Shown: positions 61,901 to 64,000 of the stretch, in pieces
How positions within the stretch are numbered: position 1 is the first letter of the stretch
How the letters are laid out: every line of letters begins with the position of its first letter
Source: Phaeosaccion multiseriatum
Lineage: Eukaryota > Protista > Ochrophyta, other classes
NCBI GenBank assembly: GCA_965112735.1
Contig: OZ218965.1
Location: 620,001-684,000, forward strand
Reading direction: 5' to 3'
Length of the DNA: 64,000 nt
Position numbers and translations under genes: made by a program
Notes under the pieces: generated by a model
What the model saw: only the letters and a program-made list of their open reading frames with translations
The model's database searches: none
What the model was told of the DNA's origin: nothing

Positions 61901-64000
61901 TGAGGTGGGCCCCAACCCTGTGCTGAGCAGTATGGGAGCCAAGTGCGAGCGTCGCGAGGGGCTGGCTTGGATCTCTTCCCTCACGCGCGGGAAGAGCTCG
62001 GTGGATTCGTTTGGAGCAGCACTGGGCAGTGTAACGGGGCCGGAGCATCTTGAGCTTTATCCGACTCGCCGATCATTTCCTTGGTACAAGCCTCCGCTGG
62101 CGTTTATGCCCAGTGGTGAGATGGTCCGGGAGGGAGACGGAATGCGGCTCATCAGCCCCTTCTCGCCTCACCTCAAGGACCTTCTCAAGGACCATGCCAT
62201 CAACAATGTGGTGATCATTCCGGGGGTGACGTACATTGAAGTGGGCGTCGTGGCTGCTCTAGGAGGAAGACAGCTCGGGGTGGAGGAGCAGGTGGTCCTG
62301 CAAGAAGCCAGCTTTGTGGTTCCACTGGAGATTGAGGGTTTCCAACAGGCCGGCACGGACCAGGCGCAAAGCCGCCATACAGTGATGTGTGCCGGGATGA
62401 GTGCCCTCCACGCGGCAGATGGAAGCATGCAGTTCTTTGGAGGTGCCACGGGCGACAAGGGCACCACGGCAAGAATGAAGCACGTGTCTGTCTTGGAGCG
62501 AAGTACGGCGCGTGCTTCGCTGCACGTGGAATCCATTCGAGCTAGAGTTGGCGAGCAGGACGTATCGAGTGAGGTCTACAAGACTTTCGCTTACGCCGGC
62601 TTCCAGTGCGGCCCCCGCTTTCAGCGGACCCGCCACATGTACAGAGGGGACGGAGAGGTTCTGTCAGTCGTATGTGCCATGGACGAGGAGCTGTGCGAGC
62701 CGTGGGAGATGAGGGGTTTTGCTCTGCACCCCGCGGTGCTGGACAATGCTACCCATGCCATCCTGCAAGCGCTGCCAAAGAAGCTGCTCAAGGAGGGGGG
62801 GAGCTCTCCATTCCTACCCGCTGGCTTTGACGAGGTGATCGTTTCCGCCTCCATGACGGGAAAGAATGTGTGGGTGCACACGAAGCTGCGTGAGGTCCAG
62901 TCAGTGGCGGACAGCGCAAAGTTCAACGTGGTGATTGCAGACTTCGACAGCAAGGAGGTGCTCGTGGAGATGCGGGGCTTCCGCGTGCAGCGGGCGAGGG
63001 TCTTTGTGCGCGTCAGCCCCGTTCGTCGTGCAATGTACGCATTGGAGTGGCAGGCTGCTGAACCTTCTACACAGGAGGAGGCCCCTGGTAGTGATACTGA
63101 CCCTGCTGAGGCGGCGGCGCCACAGAAGTGGCTGGTGGTTATTCCACAGGACGAGAGGGAGGGAGAGACTGCAATCATTGCTGCAGTGCAGCGCTGTGTT
63201 CGGGAGAACGTGCAGGTACACACTCGATATGGGGGGGTGGACGCCTCTTGGGATGATAGTGCTCTTCTTCTTGGAGAGGACGAGTGGGCTCGAGTCTTGT
63301 ATGTGCTGATACCCGGAGCTGGCGAGGAAGAAGCAGAAGGGTTCCAGCAAGCACGAGCGGCCTACGCTCTGTTATCGCTACTCAGGAACCTGTCCACTGC
63401 GTCGAGTGTCCCGCTGACAGTCTTGACGAGAGGCGTCCAAAGCGGCGAGGACTGGCGTGACAGTTGGGTGACTGGGCTGGTGCGGACTGCGAGGATGGAG
63501 TGCCCTTCCATGCAGATTGGTGTGCTGGACCTGAGTGACAAGGAGCCCCTAGACAGCGAGCTTGCCTTAGGCTTGGCCTTCCCTGCCACTGCAGAAGATG
63601 TGTGGGTACGCGATGGGCAGTGCTGGACGCCTCAGCTTGCGCACCCAGCTTTGGCTCTGCCGTTTTCCCTGGAGCTTAAGGCAAGAGGTAGTATAGCCAA
63701 TGCCTTTCTCCTTCGCGATGATGTTGATGTTGGCAAACATCGTCCTCTCGACCCGACCGGTAGCTATGTGGAGGTGGCGGTGAGGGCTGTTGGGCTGAAC
63801 TTCCGGGACGTGCTGAATGTGGTGAACATGTATCCTGGCGACCCTGGCGATCCCTGCACCGAGTTTGCCGGCGAAGTGGTCGGTGCGGAAGGAAAGTCTT
63901 GCTTCAGTGTCGGGGACGCAGTGTTTGGCTTTGCGGACGGAGGATGTTTGCGCAGTCATGTGACGACGAGTGATGTGTGTCTGGCCGTGATGCCGGCCGT
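46928..64000 (+). CDS. Multimodular type I polyketide synthase, 3'-truncated by the window: FAAL-like - ACP - KS - ACP - KS-AT-DH-ER-KR-ACP - KS-AT-DH-ER...
   Basis: Adenylation motifs FLQYTSGSTGNPKGV, SWLPQYH|DMGL, YGLAE, YLRTGDLG, GRIKDLII, PKTTSGKIRR. ACPs GMTS, GLDSI, GLDSL. Three KS (DAACSS/DTACSS, EAHATGT/EAHGTGT/EVHGTGT, GHMEG/GHLEG). AT GHSLGE and HAFH; DH HAVNNVVIIP; ER IHAAVGGVG; KR GGLGALG, AGVLDD, YAAAN. The frame resumes at 60341 and appears open to the window end. Confidence 0.96.

Noticed and set aside
60341-64000. Apparent absence of a long ORF in the track, suggesting a PKS pseudogene
   Set aside because: The frame appears open and collinear with module 2. It is probably unlisted because no stop occurs before the window end.

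Overview
Compact, GC-rich, intron-rich eukaryotic DNA (GT-AG introns full of microsatellites). Flagellar genes (enkurin, CCDC146) and signal peptides followed by Phe (bipartite plastid targeting) suggest a flagellated alga with a complex plastid, probably an ochrophyte stramenopile (inference). Gene order: decayed PHD-finger gene, NECAP, enkurin, TVP38/TMEM64, USP14/UBP6, EamA transporter, intronless ankyrin-like gene, CHAT-STAND-STAT/SH2 gene, small plastid-targeted protein, PIG-W/GWT1, CRAL-TRIO protein, WW-LRR-coiled-coil protein, CCDC146. The last 17 kb hold the 5' part of a very large modular type I PKS that runs off the window. Top candidates: (1) a single protein fusing a caspase-like CHAT protease with intact His/Cys dyad, an Apaf/NLR-type STAND NTPase and a STAT-type linker-SH2, possibly a phosphotyrosine-gated apoptosome-like switch; (2) the PKS, with a FAAL-like start, an AT-less first module, shared intron positions and near-identical AT domains; (3) USP14 with a cassette SH3/Tudor-like exon and a UIM-like motif; (4) a small TIR element family. 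All exon boundaries were read by eye and no database searches were run.
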